Source: Ptychomitrium polyphyllum
Taxonomy: Eukaryota
Assembly: GCA_973851085.1 (NCBI GenBank)
Contig: OZ316776.1
Location: 3,162,001-3,226,000 of the forward strand
Direction of reading: 5' to 3'
DNA length: 64,000 nucleotides
Shown here: piece by piece, positions 22,240 to 38,203 of the stretch
How positions within the stretch are numbered: position 1 is the first letter of the stretch
How the letters are laid out: every line of letters begins with the position of its first letter
Made by a program: the position numbers and the translations under genes
Notes under the pieces: model-generated
Database searches by the model: none
The model's input: only the letters and a program-made list of their open reading frames with translations
Told to the model about the DNA's origin: nothing

Positions 22240-24521
22240 AATTTAACTAATATTTCTAGAGCCTGAGTTGTGGCTTCATATTTCATGGCCAAGACTTGGA
22301 TGTGTACTTTAAATGTTAACACATCTGGACGTATCTATATAATTATGAGCAGACATCACTTCGAAGACCGGAAGATACTGATAAGACGAAGGACTGATAC
22401 TGAAACTGAAAATTTTCTCATGTCTATCTGAAGTGAATCTAACGTGCCACTACAAGAACAGACACACACTCACGAAGTACCGATGTGAAACCAGAATAGT
22501 TTACGTGGATCATCCACTGCACTTTCTGCCTCTGGCGTACTTTGGCACGCACTTAATGCAAATTCGAACGCCATAATGAGGAGGTAAAGCTTTATTAGTA
22601 CTTGCCTAGATCGTCCTCATGACGTAAGCCATTCTTCCAGTACAAGATGTAATTTCTTAATGGTCCCCAGATCTTGCAGAGGTTCTAAAGGTTTTTCTTT
22701 CTTATTGATCTGTTCACATTGATCTTGTGGATGCACGCAGTGATGACTCTGCTGTGACTTTGAATAAAAGGTGGGAATGGTACACTACACTCTGCAGCAA
22801 GGACACGCGAACAGCCCTGATGACCGACACACGCACAGACGGCGAATTTTTCGGATAGCCAAAGACGTTCGAAAGGAGGAGTCTGTTTGTTCTCTGTAGA
22901 TACTAACATAGTAAGGAGACCCTGACTGACACGGATACTTCGGGTCCGGCTGGGTCGGGGTTGTAGCTGCAGGCGGCGCGACCTGGCCCGAGCCCACGTC
23001 GGAGTTGCAACTTGCGGCACAGTCACCGGAGCTCCATGTTTCCAATCGCATTTCCCGGTTACCAGTTGTCTGATGGCATGCCGCAGCTGGGGCGAGGATG
23101 GGAGCATTTCCGATTGCCAGTCCTGCTGAGTTATCGTCAAGTGCGCTGAGTACAGTGGGTCGTTCTTCGTGCGAGAACGAAGCTCGTTGGGTTGCGGAGT
23201 AAGTTAGATACGCGCTAGCGGATGTTGGAGTTTCTAGGAGGTGTTGCTTAAGGGTAGTCAGAGCATCGGAGGGGAACTCAACTACAACCACGTCGTCGCC
23301 CTCCGAGGATGTCGAGAAGAGGCTCACTGCCTTCGGTCTGTGTTGGGTATTAACCGGATTATGAGCATTTCGCCGCACATTGTGGTTTCTGTTTCTGCTT
23401 CTGCACAGAGTTATTGAGTACAGTCGTGGGGAGTCTTCTAGCTGGGGCTATCAAGAATGTGACCATTGCTGACAATTTTTTCCATAGCCATTTTCCACAG
23501 CGGCGTATCATGCGTGGTGTGCTCATGATCGAGGTGAGAGCCTAGGCTATGCTGATTCTAATGTGAATGTGAGATTGTGTTTTGATTTATGAAGGGTTTA
23601 GCTCATACTGTGTGAACTGGTGTCATTGAGTTCATGATGTAATGGTTGTCTTCTTGCCCCTGTTTCATAAGTGAATATTTTGGATTCGGCCCATCAGTTT
23701 TTTAGCTCTTTGCGAGGAAATTGTGTAGTTGTTTAATTTAGTTGTTTTATTTGAGGTTCGTTGCAGTGACAAATGCCAACCTTTCTAGGGGTTTGTAGGA
23801 ATCAATGCTCTGCATATGCTGTTGAATCATTTTAGGGTTACTGAATCTCAGTTTTCGCGATTCGCTCCACAGAGGTAGTGCTTCCTGAGTCAATTCAAGA
23901 AAGTGACGGTGTCCCAGTTGCCACAATCCGCTGCACAACAGGCTTGAAGATTCGTGAGTTGGGCTCAACAGGCTTGAAGTTTTCGATTTCAGACTGGTGG
24001 GCCGCATTTCGCCAATTTGTATGGCAGAGAAAGACAGATTTGGATGGCTGGAAAATAGTAGCCGTGGTTGCAACAAGTTTGGACGTTGTTAGGTTGATGA
24101 GACAAGTGCTTTCTGTTGTGTAGGAACGGTTCCCCCTTGATATCGCTCTTAACTCTCTGATGTTCGTAGAGCTGGAGCTGAATCGCCGTTCCTTGTGCTT
24201 CTTGCAGAGGCTTCGTGTGGCGGACCTCATGGGAGCGAGCTTCGCTGTGGCGGATTCATCCAATATGACCTCCAGCGGTCACTTTCTTCAATCAACATGA
24301 ACACTTTCGGGGCGCGCTCTTAGACGAACATGCATTGCGAAGTTAGTTGTCGCTTGTTCTCATTGAAATCCTTAGATGTCTTTCTCTTGGAGAGCTTCAG
24401 TTAGTGGCGTACCCTCCCCCGCCGTAGATGACCTGAGCTCCACCTCTCCTGCCTCCCGTCTAAACCTCCGGAAATTGTCTCTTTAAGCCGTCTTTTGAGT
24501 TTGTTACTATAGATTCACATA

Positions 24522-26970
24522 ATGGGAGGCGGATCCGACCCACCCAAGCAGTGGCATTCCGACCACTTTGCACAGATGGGGTACCCCAAGGTCCGCTTCG
24601 CCATCGCCATGGCGTGCGCCTGCGCACTCGTCTACATCCTCTCCTTCGCGCTCATGAGCGCGCGTCCAGCCTGCTGGAGCACTTGCCCTCCGCAATCATG
24701 CACACCCCTTGCCTCTCCTCTCGGAACGGACGTCCTCTTCCTCCATAGATATAGTTGGTCGCAAGAATCTGAGACAGCTCTCATGGCTAGTGAAGTTCCG
24801 GAAGCTTTAGCTTCTACCCCTTGTATGCAACCTCAACCCAAGGGCACAGATATTTCCCGAATCGTATTCGGCATTGCCGCGGCCGCTAACATGTGGGGCC
24901 CGAGAAAAGAGTACATCAAGCTCTGGTGGAAACCCGAAATGCGAGGATTCGTTTGGCTGGATAGGATCCCGGATGGAAGAGAGAATTGGAGCAATGAGCA
25001 TCCGCCGTGGAAAGTCTCTCAAAATACTTCGAACTTTGAGTACACTTACAAGGGAGGCTGGAGGTCAGCAATAAGAATCTCACGGATTGTTGTCGAAACG
25101 TTTCGGCTGGGATTACCGGAGGTCGACTGGTTCGTGTTGGGCGACGATGACACTCTGTTTTTCACAGAGAATCTGGTGCATGTGTTGTCGAAGTATGATC
25201 ATACGAAGATGTATTACATTGGGAGTAACTCTGAGAGCCATCTGCAGAATGTTTTATTTTCGTACAACATGGCGTTCGGTGGGGGCGGGTTTGCCATCAG
25301 TTACCCGCTTGTTAAATTGCTGGTAAAGACGCAAGACGGTTGCATTGCGAGGTTGTGCTTTTCTCCATCTTTGTGAATCATTGCTTTGTGGTTACTTATG
25401 GTTGTGTAGAGTGCTTGCTAACTTTACATTGCGCTGCAATTGGTCCACATATTTGTAGGAGGCTTCTAGTATATCATCTTTTTGAATATCAAGTCCTAGT
25501 TTCTTGGGAACGTATACCTGATCAATCTGTATGTTACAGGTATCCCCATTTATTCGGAAGTGATGACCGAATGCATGCGTGCATGGCAGAGCTTGGGATT
25601 ACGCTTACGAAAGAGCCAGGTTTTCATCAGGTTTGTTACCTCCCACTTCAGTGTCCACCGTTCTTTCGTTTCAAAAAGTGTAGACTGTCTGTTGCTTTCT
25701 GCATTGTTTCTGTTAACGTATCCGGAACGAAGAAATGACAACTATTTGGAACCGAAGCTGGATTTGACATAGACGTGGCATTCAAATTGGGGACACCAGT
25801 AGCAAAAGGGATGTTTCATAATGACCATAAGCTGGATATAATTGATCGTTGTGTAGATAGGCTCCTAGATCATTGTGGATTTCCTTTCTACTAGTACATA
25901 TAATCGGATGTTTTGCTATTTTAGTGACTTCCTTCACTTCATTGTCAACCGTTTAAGTTGCTTATTAGCTTGATTGCTACATATGTTATGTTTGCTTGAT
26001 AATTCCTTGAAGCAAGGAGAGCTGTTTACAGTTTGGATGTTTGGAAGGATCTCCAAGGTATTTCTTAAACATTTAACTGTGGTCTGAATTCTAAGTTAGT
26101 TGTGGGTACTCTGCAGTTTGACATCCACGGAGATGCATCCGGAATACTGGCAGCTCACCCTGTAGCCCCCCTTGTATCCATCCATCACCTTGATCTTATC
26201 AACCCCATCTTTCCAAGTACACTTAACAAAAACTATACCCGTGTCGGCGCTCTGAACCATCTTCTCGAAGCTGCCAACCTCGAAGCCGCAAGCACAATGC
26301 AACAATCCATTTGCTACGACAAAACCCGGCGATGGTCGTTCACCGTGTCATGGGGGTACGTAGTCCAAGCGTACAAAGGCTTCATCACTCCTCGTGAATT
26401 GGAGGTTCCCCAGAAGACATTCTTGTCTTGGCACAAGGAGACTAGCAAGGTAGAGTTTCCTTTCAACACTCGGTCCAACCCTGACGATGTGTGTAAGAGG
26501 CCCACTCGCTTCTTCATGGAGTCGGTCCAAGCTCCATCTATAGCTGGATCTCAAGCAGCGATGGAAAGCTATTTTGTACGTGAGCCTAGTGAAGAGAAAA
26601 AAAATTGTGCTAAGAAGCTGCAACCTTTGAGTGGCGTCCAGCGAATCAAAGTTGTCAGGGAGTTCACCGATTATTCTTGGTATCAGGTACCCTCCTATTT
26701 CCATGTCTAAATTAAAAAAATTCGGTTTCAACAGCACTTATTAGCACCCTAACACACTTTAGCAATTATTGTGTAACATTATTCTATGCAGTAGAGAGCA
26801 TCTTCATATGGATAAGAAATATTTTTTAGAATAATAATGTGACGTGTGCGCCCTCTTTCCTGCAGACGCCAAGGCGATCATGCTGTCGAGTGAAGAGGTG
26901 GAAGAACGAAGAAATTGACATCCATATAGGTGCATGTCAGGACGGTGAAACCCTAGTGAGCAGCTTCTAA
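24522..26970 (+). CDS. DUF604 / Fringe-like glycosyltransferase (GT31-related), type II membrane protein
   Basis: Exons 24522-25351, 25540-25630, 26117-26686 and 26866-26970. N-terminal TM (FAIAMACACALVYILSFALM), IVFGIAA, RKEYIKLWW, DWFVLGDDDTLFF (DxD-type), YYIGSNSESHLQN, MAFGGGGFAISYPL, GSDDRMHACMAELG, EPGFHQFD, SIHHLD, QQSICYD, PRRSCCRV. Confidence 0.93.
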
Positions 26971-28210
26971 ACGTTGTTTGGAACAACTTGTTCCCACCAG
27001 TCTGAATCATCGCTCACTTTTAACACCCCCGCTTAGTCTACATGTAGCCACGTGCAAGCAGGTCTAGGTTTAGTTCAATGCAGAAATTTTTAAAAGCTGT
27101 CTTCAAAATCGCCCACCTATGAAACATACTAACTCTTTGTATCACCATTTTCTGTATATAGGAGGTGACTACCGGTAGTCTCCTATTTGTTCGTTTTAGG
27201 GAATTGCAAAAATTGCAGGTCCTGTATTATTGAACAGATCATAGAAAATCATTTGGACCCTGCAATGTTTTCTTGAGGCTCCTTATATACTCTGCAATAT
27301 GTCAGAAGTCCAAAATTTATGGAAACATGTCGCTTCACGGAGTAAATTACCTTCCGTTTCTGGTGCATTTCTTGCTATGCCACGGTCAGTCTAATAAAAC
27401 AATCCAGATTGCAGTATCTTATGTGCATTATGAACTAAAGGTACAGTGCAGGGCAGCAAAACTAGGCTCTGCGGACCTCCATTATGGTGCCCGTTAGCCT
27501 GAAATGGTGACGACTTCAATTCACTCCTGAACTCAAAGATAGCTCAAATGATCACGACAAAACGCTTTGGATGCCCAAAATGACAGCACGCAATAGGTGT
27601 AAATGCCGAGAAGTACGGCAATTTTTGAGAAGAATGCGTTGGAAAATCATTAGGACCTTTCCATCCATCTTCCACCCTCTAGACCTCTTTGCGAGAGCCG
27701 AACAAACTCACATACCCATTGCCATCCAGGAAATTACGCAAAATTTAGATGCCTCATCAATCTCATCTGTACAATAGGACTTAGGCATCATACATAGTTT
27801 CTATACACTCCAATTAAACTTAGTGCGAAAGCTGGTTTGTAGATGGAATTTAAAAACTATCTCATATGCTTGTCCTTCCATCCTCATAACTTGTGCTGAA
27901 TTCAAAACACAGGAGTTCTGAGGAACATGAGACAAAATATAAATTGAAATGTGACAAACTTCGTGTTAATCATAAATAATTTTCTTGTAATGGTCATCTC
28001 CTGAGTATTTCCACTTTATCAAGAATTTTAAAATACTGGCGCCAAGAATTGATAGTCGACAATCAAATAATCAATTTACAAACCTACTCCTAAATTAAGA
28101 GACGAGCTCTGTATCTAAAGCAACAGTCCTCCATCTCTTACACTAACTCTCGCGTGCGAACAAAATCGCTACTAGATTATGCCTCATTGTACAGGAGCAA
28201 AACGGATAAG

Positions 28211-31381
<3,171 letters not shown>

Positions 31382-33399
31382 CTAGTGCACTACTCCAGCC
31401 CACTGTGGGATTGTCTCATGATGCGCTGCATCTCAGTCTGTTGGTGATATTCTCACACCACACATGAGCTGCCGAGAGAAGTTGTGCAGAAGTTGTGGAA
31501 AGCTTGCCACAAGACCCAAGTGACCGCAGTAAAGGCGGCGCCTTTGGCTGGCCTTCTGTTCCCTGTGGCTAGTAAATGGGTCTCCAGACCGCTACTTACG
31601 AGACGAGGGCGTGAGTGTGCGTCTGTGAGGCGCGGATGCGAGCACCAAGATTAGCTGGCGTGAGAGATCGAAACAACCCAGATCGCCCTCACACGGAATG
31701 CGAGGAAATGAGACAACTTTGCTTCCCCGCCTCTCGCGCTCCGCCGCTACCTACCTACCCGCTTTCCTTCCTACCTTCCTACTGGCCTTCCTACCTACCT
31801 CCTATCTTTTCCCCTTACCTGCCTACGAGACAGTGTAGGTTCGTTCCGACCTGTCAACTGCTCCGAACACTTGAGGAGTTTCCTGCAAGGCAGATGACTG
31901 ACCGAGTCGGAGGCCCACCCGGGGAGCGTGACGCGGGTGGATTGGCCGGGACCCGAGGGAACGAGCGGTGTAGGGTTGGTCCTGCTTCGCTTGAGCCCCA
32001 CTCTGGTTGAGTCGGTTCTGCCACGGGGCAAGTTGGCGGCTTGTCTTTTGTAAGAGTCTAGCGCGGGCGCCAGTTCCCAAACCTGTTTGAGACCAGGAAC
32101 TTTTGGATGATGTCTACTATTACCTAGATTTTCGTTCCTCAAATCTAAGAGTTGCTGATAATGTCGCTTTTCGGTGCAGTGACATTACTTTCGTTGAAAG
32201 CGTCACTCTATGCAGAAGCAACAGCCTATCTATGTTTTGTGTAGATTTTCCTGTGTGGGTGTAACCACGGGGTAGATGTAGGCTTTGGTTTTTAGGCATG
32301 GTGACAGTTTTGGGCGTAGGCCTCCCATTGGTTACCTTCGTGGTGTTTTGGGAGCTCTGTTGCTGGGTGTGAGTGGGAATTCCAGGTTTTAACATTGAAG
32401 CCTGTTTCTGTTAAGCCCCTTTAATAGTTTGAAACAACATCCTATATACATCCAGTAGCCATGTACCTATGGCAGTTATAAAAGTAGGAATTTTCATTAA
32501 ATGGTTGGGAATGCAGGTTCCAACATTACATACCTGTGACCGTCTGCAGGGTGCCAGTATCTCAGGGCCCAGTGAGGTGGTACCTAGTGTACTTTTCTAA
32601 CGTCTTGGTGAAGGGCCTCAGCCAGAGTCTGTTGTTCCTTTTTCAACCCAGGTTCTTGGAGAGTGTCTTTGAGGGAGGTTGTATGTTGGGGAGATATTTC
32701 CAAGGCAATTTCATCTGAAGCAAGTTTGATGTGTATGTTATGTTGATTGTGGTTGAAGTTTGGGCCTATGCATGAGTGAATCCAGGGGGGTTGCGAGTTT
32801 GTTTAGACTTGTAGGAAGGTGGGATCGTGTATGAGTGATTTGTGGACTTTTGGTGAGCAGTTCGCACAAGGTGGCAAAGTGGCAGGCACAGGAGGAATCA
32901 GCACCTGGAGCTTATGTTTGGGGATATTTTGAAGGGAAATAATGCCTTGACACGAAGGTGATAGGGGAAGTAGAGCACTCTGTACCCACTGCTGGATCAG
33001 GGCAGGTTCGAACTTCCAAGTCTTAAAGAAGCTATGAGGTGGGGCTTTTCTTCTGGCTTGTCATTTCCATGTTGGGCATGAGGGGCTTTGAACCATGGCA
33101 TCTTCCGGATGTACCAAATGGACCAATTGAGAAGTTTCATAACTGGAGTGGTCCCTTAGTAGCTGGTCAAATATACAGGTAGTAAACCTCTCCAAGGACA
33201 TGAGCTTGGAAACAGACTCTTTCACATGTAGCTTGTTAGTGGGATGTTGTCATGGACATAGCAGCTCTTGCTTTGGTGCATTTCTACATCCCAAAATGCT
33301 GGCATGTAACTGGAAAGACCTGATAGTCATATCCAAAACCACCCTGCCCTTATAATTTAATCAGGATAACAAGTAGATGTCCATTTTACAATGTGATGA

Positions 33400-36300
33400 A
33401 TAAGATCATCCATGTTAAGGAACGGTTTTGTAAATTTAGAATGCAACTCTTTGGAAATTCATAAATTGTTTGTGTGGTATCAAAACCTTGTGTAACAAAG
33501 GTTCTTAGAATTTTCATTTAATTGCAAAATCTGGCACCTCGGCTGCTAATGAATGTTATATTATCATGGAAAATAAAGTTTACATATCAAATAAGGTTTC
33601 TTTATATTGATCAATTGCAATTTCTTTAAAGTCACAATTCTAGGTATTTTTTGAGGGCATATTAGTGATTAAATAAGGAAAGTAACTTCAAGTCGATTTA
33701 GAAGTAGTAATCAGGTACAAGTTCTTGTATTTTTCTTTTGTTAATAACATTTTGTATCCTTCTTAGTATAATAAACAAACTTTGGCTCTTATTGGTGTGA
33801 ACTTTATGTGACCATTAGAATCACACACAACAACCATTTAATTAAAATCATTTTGCATTTCATTTTTTTAGTTCTCTTTTCACTCTTTAAGTTAAATTTA
33901 TAAATTCGCAATTCTACAAATATAAAAATTACCTTAATCATGTCTTATAATAAATTAAATATCATTCTTTGAAATTTAAATGGATGAATGTATTCTATTT
34001 TATTATGAATTAAAAATTTGCAAATATTTTTAAAATAAAAATAGGTGACTCATAAAGATAATAAGTGATATCAATTGGAATTATAATATTAGATTATTAG
34101 ATAAAAGATGATTGAATTTTAATTTTCAAGTGTATAATAAATGTTGGTAATATTTAATCAAAAATGCATAATTTTAAATCAATAATTTATATTTTTTGTT
34201 CAAAAAATATTTTCTGATTATTCATTTAAGTTATTTTTAGAATAAAACTTTGAACATCTTCCAATTAAAGAATGCATAGGATCTTTTGAGAATCAATATT
34301 TTAAGATTATTTGATGTCTTTGAATGTATATATATTATATTTTTTTAATTATTTTTTTAAAAAAAATTATTTATTTATTTATTTATATATGTGTGTGTGT
34401 GTGTATTTGGAAGAATGTTGTGATGCTATAGCATTAGAAATACTTTGTTATATATTTTTTCAAAAGATGGATTAGAACTTTTATAATTACAAAATCATTT
34501 TGAAGGATTCTAAATAAGATTAGAATTTTTTCCATACTTTTTATTGATATTGTGTATCCTCATTTTTTTAACTTATGCTTTGGTTTTTGTTTTTTCCCTT
34601 CATATTAGTTCAAATAAATTTTATTCTTTAAAACCTAGTAATTACATATAAAATTTTATTTTCGTTGAGATCTAAGTGCATAACCAATAAAATTTTGTAG
34701 ATTAGATTTTGATTGAAGGTTTCAAATAAATTAACCAAATTCCAAAAAGAATTGGAACTTAAAAGCTTAGATTACATGAATGCTATAAAATTGCACATAA
34801 AAAAATTTTCATTCTATTGTTGAAACTATTCTATTTGTAATCCTTTTAATACATGAAAAGATAAATGAATACTCAAGATAAAATAATGTATGAATTATAA
34901 GGTGAATTTTTTTAAAATAAAATTGAATATACAATTATAATCAAAGATCATCATTCATATATAAACAATAACTTACAGAGGCTTAAAATTTTCTTAAAGT
35001 TGGTATCAAATTTAGTCTCAAATGACAACCATTCATAATAATAATAATAATAATAATTTTTTCTAAGAAATAGTGGTGTATCAAATTTTTGAGATTAAAA
35101 CATAATTTAACTACATCAATAAAAACATTTGGCAAATTCCCTTTGGCCAATTTAAATGTTATTGGATCCAAAATAATCTTTAAGAATTTTCATTGGACTT
35201 CTAAAATGAATTAAAATTAATTTATTTTAGTATCTAGTGCAAAAGTAGAAATATTTTTAATATTTAGATATATAAAATGTCATATTATGCACATTTTATC
35301 CATGAATTACTCAAAGATTTTTTATAAATAAACAATATAATTTATTTCTAAAAAATCCTCAATTAAGTTTTTCTTAAACAAACTATAAGCCATTCTTTTA
35401 GAAATTAAAACCAAATCCACTTTAAGATCTTTTTGAATCTAAGGGCACTCAAGAATTTAGATATTTTTTTTAAATATTCATATTTGCTAATTTTTTTTTG
35501 CTAATAATTGTTCTTTCTTTTTATAAAATTAGTAAATTATATAAATATATTTTAATTAAAAAACACCTTCTTACATTAAATTTCATGTTTTAAATGTTAA
35601 GTATGGAATTTAGTCTCAATGTATAAAGGCTAGTTTTTATTTTGCAAATGAAAACAAAAACAATCTTAAATTTGAAAGCACTTTGACAAATTGAATTTGA
35701 TGCTTCAAAAATAATGATTAGTGTATTAGCCTAATGCACAAGGGCCAATTGTAAATAAGAAAATAAATTAAAAAATTGTATTTATAATATAATGATATTG
35801 AATCCTAAAATACAATGTTAATAAATAATAATAATTTAATTCTATTTTATAATATAAACATTCTAAATGAACCACCTTTACTTAAACTTTAACTTTAATT
35901 AGTGACATTTTATAAATGACAAGACTTAAAGCTTATATTTAGCTTTAAAAAACCCTTTCAAATTTATAAATGCATTTAAGGAGAGTAGTTTTAAATGCAA
36001 AATGTAAGATAATTTCAAATTTGATTGTAAATTATTGTGAAGGTTTGATTTTTGAATTATATGTTTTTTCTAAATTCAAGGTATATGCATAATTTTTTCT
36101 AAATGTCATATGTTTATTCATTCCAAGAGACATTTGTTTTTTTATTTGAGATTTATTAAAATGATTTGAATTTTGTAAAGAAGCACAAATTGATGACATA
36201 ATTTAAAATTACACAACTTTGCTATAACATCTTCAAGTCCAAAGTATTTGATAAATGAAAATAGATTTTAATTGGTTATTTTGGATATAGTGATATTTGC

Positions 36301-37420
36301 AACACAACAATAAATTCACATTTATAAAAAGTAAGATATCAAAAATTTAATTTAATTACAAAATTTGGTCATTAATGGCAAAAAATGTGATGTTCATCTT
36401 CTTTTGGCTCTAAAAGTAATTAAAAGCTAAGATTCAAATAGTTTTAAATAATTTCATCTTAATTCCATTTCTTACATCAATTTAATAAAATTAATGTCAA
36501 GTTCAGCTGGCCTAATTACTTAAAAAAAGAATAAAAAGCTATGTTTTAATCATTCTTTAAACATCCAAGTTAGTAAACCATAACCTTAACCTAATAAATT
36601 GCATATCAAGATTTAATTATACTATTTCCTTTAAAAAAAATTACAATGTAAACAATTTTACAACATCTATTAAAGACTTAATATTCACAATAACCAAAAT
36701 TATTGAATGTAAAGATTAAACTACTCTATTTTTTCCTAGATCTAAGAGCATTCCAAGTTTAAAAAAAATTAAATCAAAAGCATTCATATGACAATTACTT
36801 CATTTAATTGCCTAAGATCCATATTCATTTCACATAATGGCTTTTGAATATGAGACTTTAATTTTTATTGAAAATTTTATGAATTAAAATCTACTTTCTA
36901 AAAGAAATTAAGAAAAAGACTTTCAACTTTAACTAATACATATATGATTCAAAGGGCTTTTTAAAGGAATAATTTGGACACTTTGTAGTAATTCAATAAA
37001 AATAAAGTACATACCATCTTCTTTATTGATAAAAACTAACATTAAGCATGTCTTTCAAAGCTCTATTATATATCAAAGTTTACAAATCCTATTAAATATT
37101 GAATTTTAATTTCTTTGTGTCATTTTCTTTTAGATTCAAAATTCTACAAATTCAATGCAAACTAGTCTATTACAACACATGATTCTAGTCTTTTTGATAA
37201 AATCAATAAAAACTCAATAAATTATATTCAAATTTTTTTTTTCAAAAAGGACATTCGTAAAGAAAGAAATCTGATTAGAAAAAATAACCTACTAATCCAT
37301 TTTGGAATGCTTGGACCTTTTAGAAATTAAATATTTAAAGTTTAAAAATTTGATGTAAGCTTTATTTATTTAAAAGGACTCACTTATTTGCTACAAAACA
37401 TTAGGACTTTTTTGCTTGCC
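33400..37420. other. ~4-kb extremely AT-rich, CG-depleted, ORF-poor intergenic island (with TTAT/TA/TG and TAA microsatellites)
   Basis: Visible composition shift with only one short ORF in the track. (TTAT)n(TA)n(TG)n at ~34367-34404 and (TAA)n at ~35035-35057. Confidence 0.75.
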
Positions 37421-38203
37421 TATTGATCATCACCTTCTTTTGTGGAGATGCACATTTAAAATCCAAAAATAGACATGATTTATTAATAGTGTACATCTTT
37501 TGGGTTCATTGGGAGTTTTGGCAAGCACCATTGGTAGTGTACTCTGCTCCTAGAGGTGGAACGCATCTTAGCTTGGGCTTGAGTACAGTGCACAGTGACC
37601 GTGTGTCACTGTACCAGACACCCGGGATTGTCCAGACTATGCGCAGGTTTCACAGTGTGAAATGTACGCGAACGAGATACTTGGTCGATTTTCGGATATG
37701 GCGACGGTTTTAGGTGTACATTGTTCATAGCGGTTCACGGGAAATAACGCAGCACGAGACGGACGGGTGAAACGAAAGCCTAACTTTGAACCTTTCATGT
37801 GTTTCATAGATTCCGTAAAGAAATTTTCGAATCTCTGTAGATAATCGGTAGATTTCTGGGGACAGCGACGGTCTTAGACGTCGGTTTCATAATCAAATCC
37901 CTGATTGGCTGACTAAATGACATGTAAACCTAGAAGCGGTACTTCACCCAAAGCTAACGGATTCTACCACTCCGGTGTATTTGGAGGAAAGTTCCAACAG
38001 TTTCATAGATAACTTTCAGAGTGTCGGGTTTATGTCCCCTTCGTCCATACAAGCCTTTGAGGCTCCCGAACACTCGTAGGACACAAACAGAGGGCTTTGT
38101 GCTTGCTGCTGGATTGCGCTGCAAGGCGGCTGCTATTCCTTCTCGCAGATCACCCAGCACCGCAGCGGAACATCGATTGCATGGTCTCCTCGCAGTCTTC
38201 GCC

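Noticed and set aside
32966..33017. GTAGAGC...GGTTCGAAC as a tRNA gene or known miRNA
   Set aside because: It cannot be folded into a cloverleaf, and I recognise no conserved plant miRNA sequence in it.
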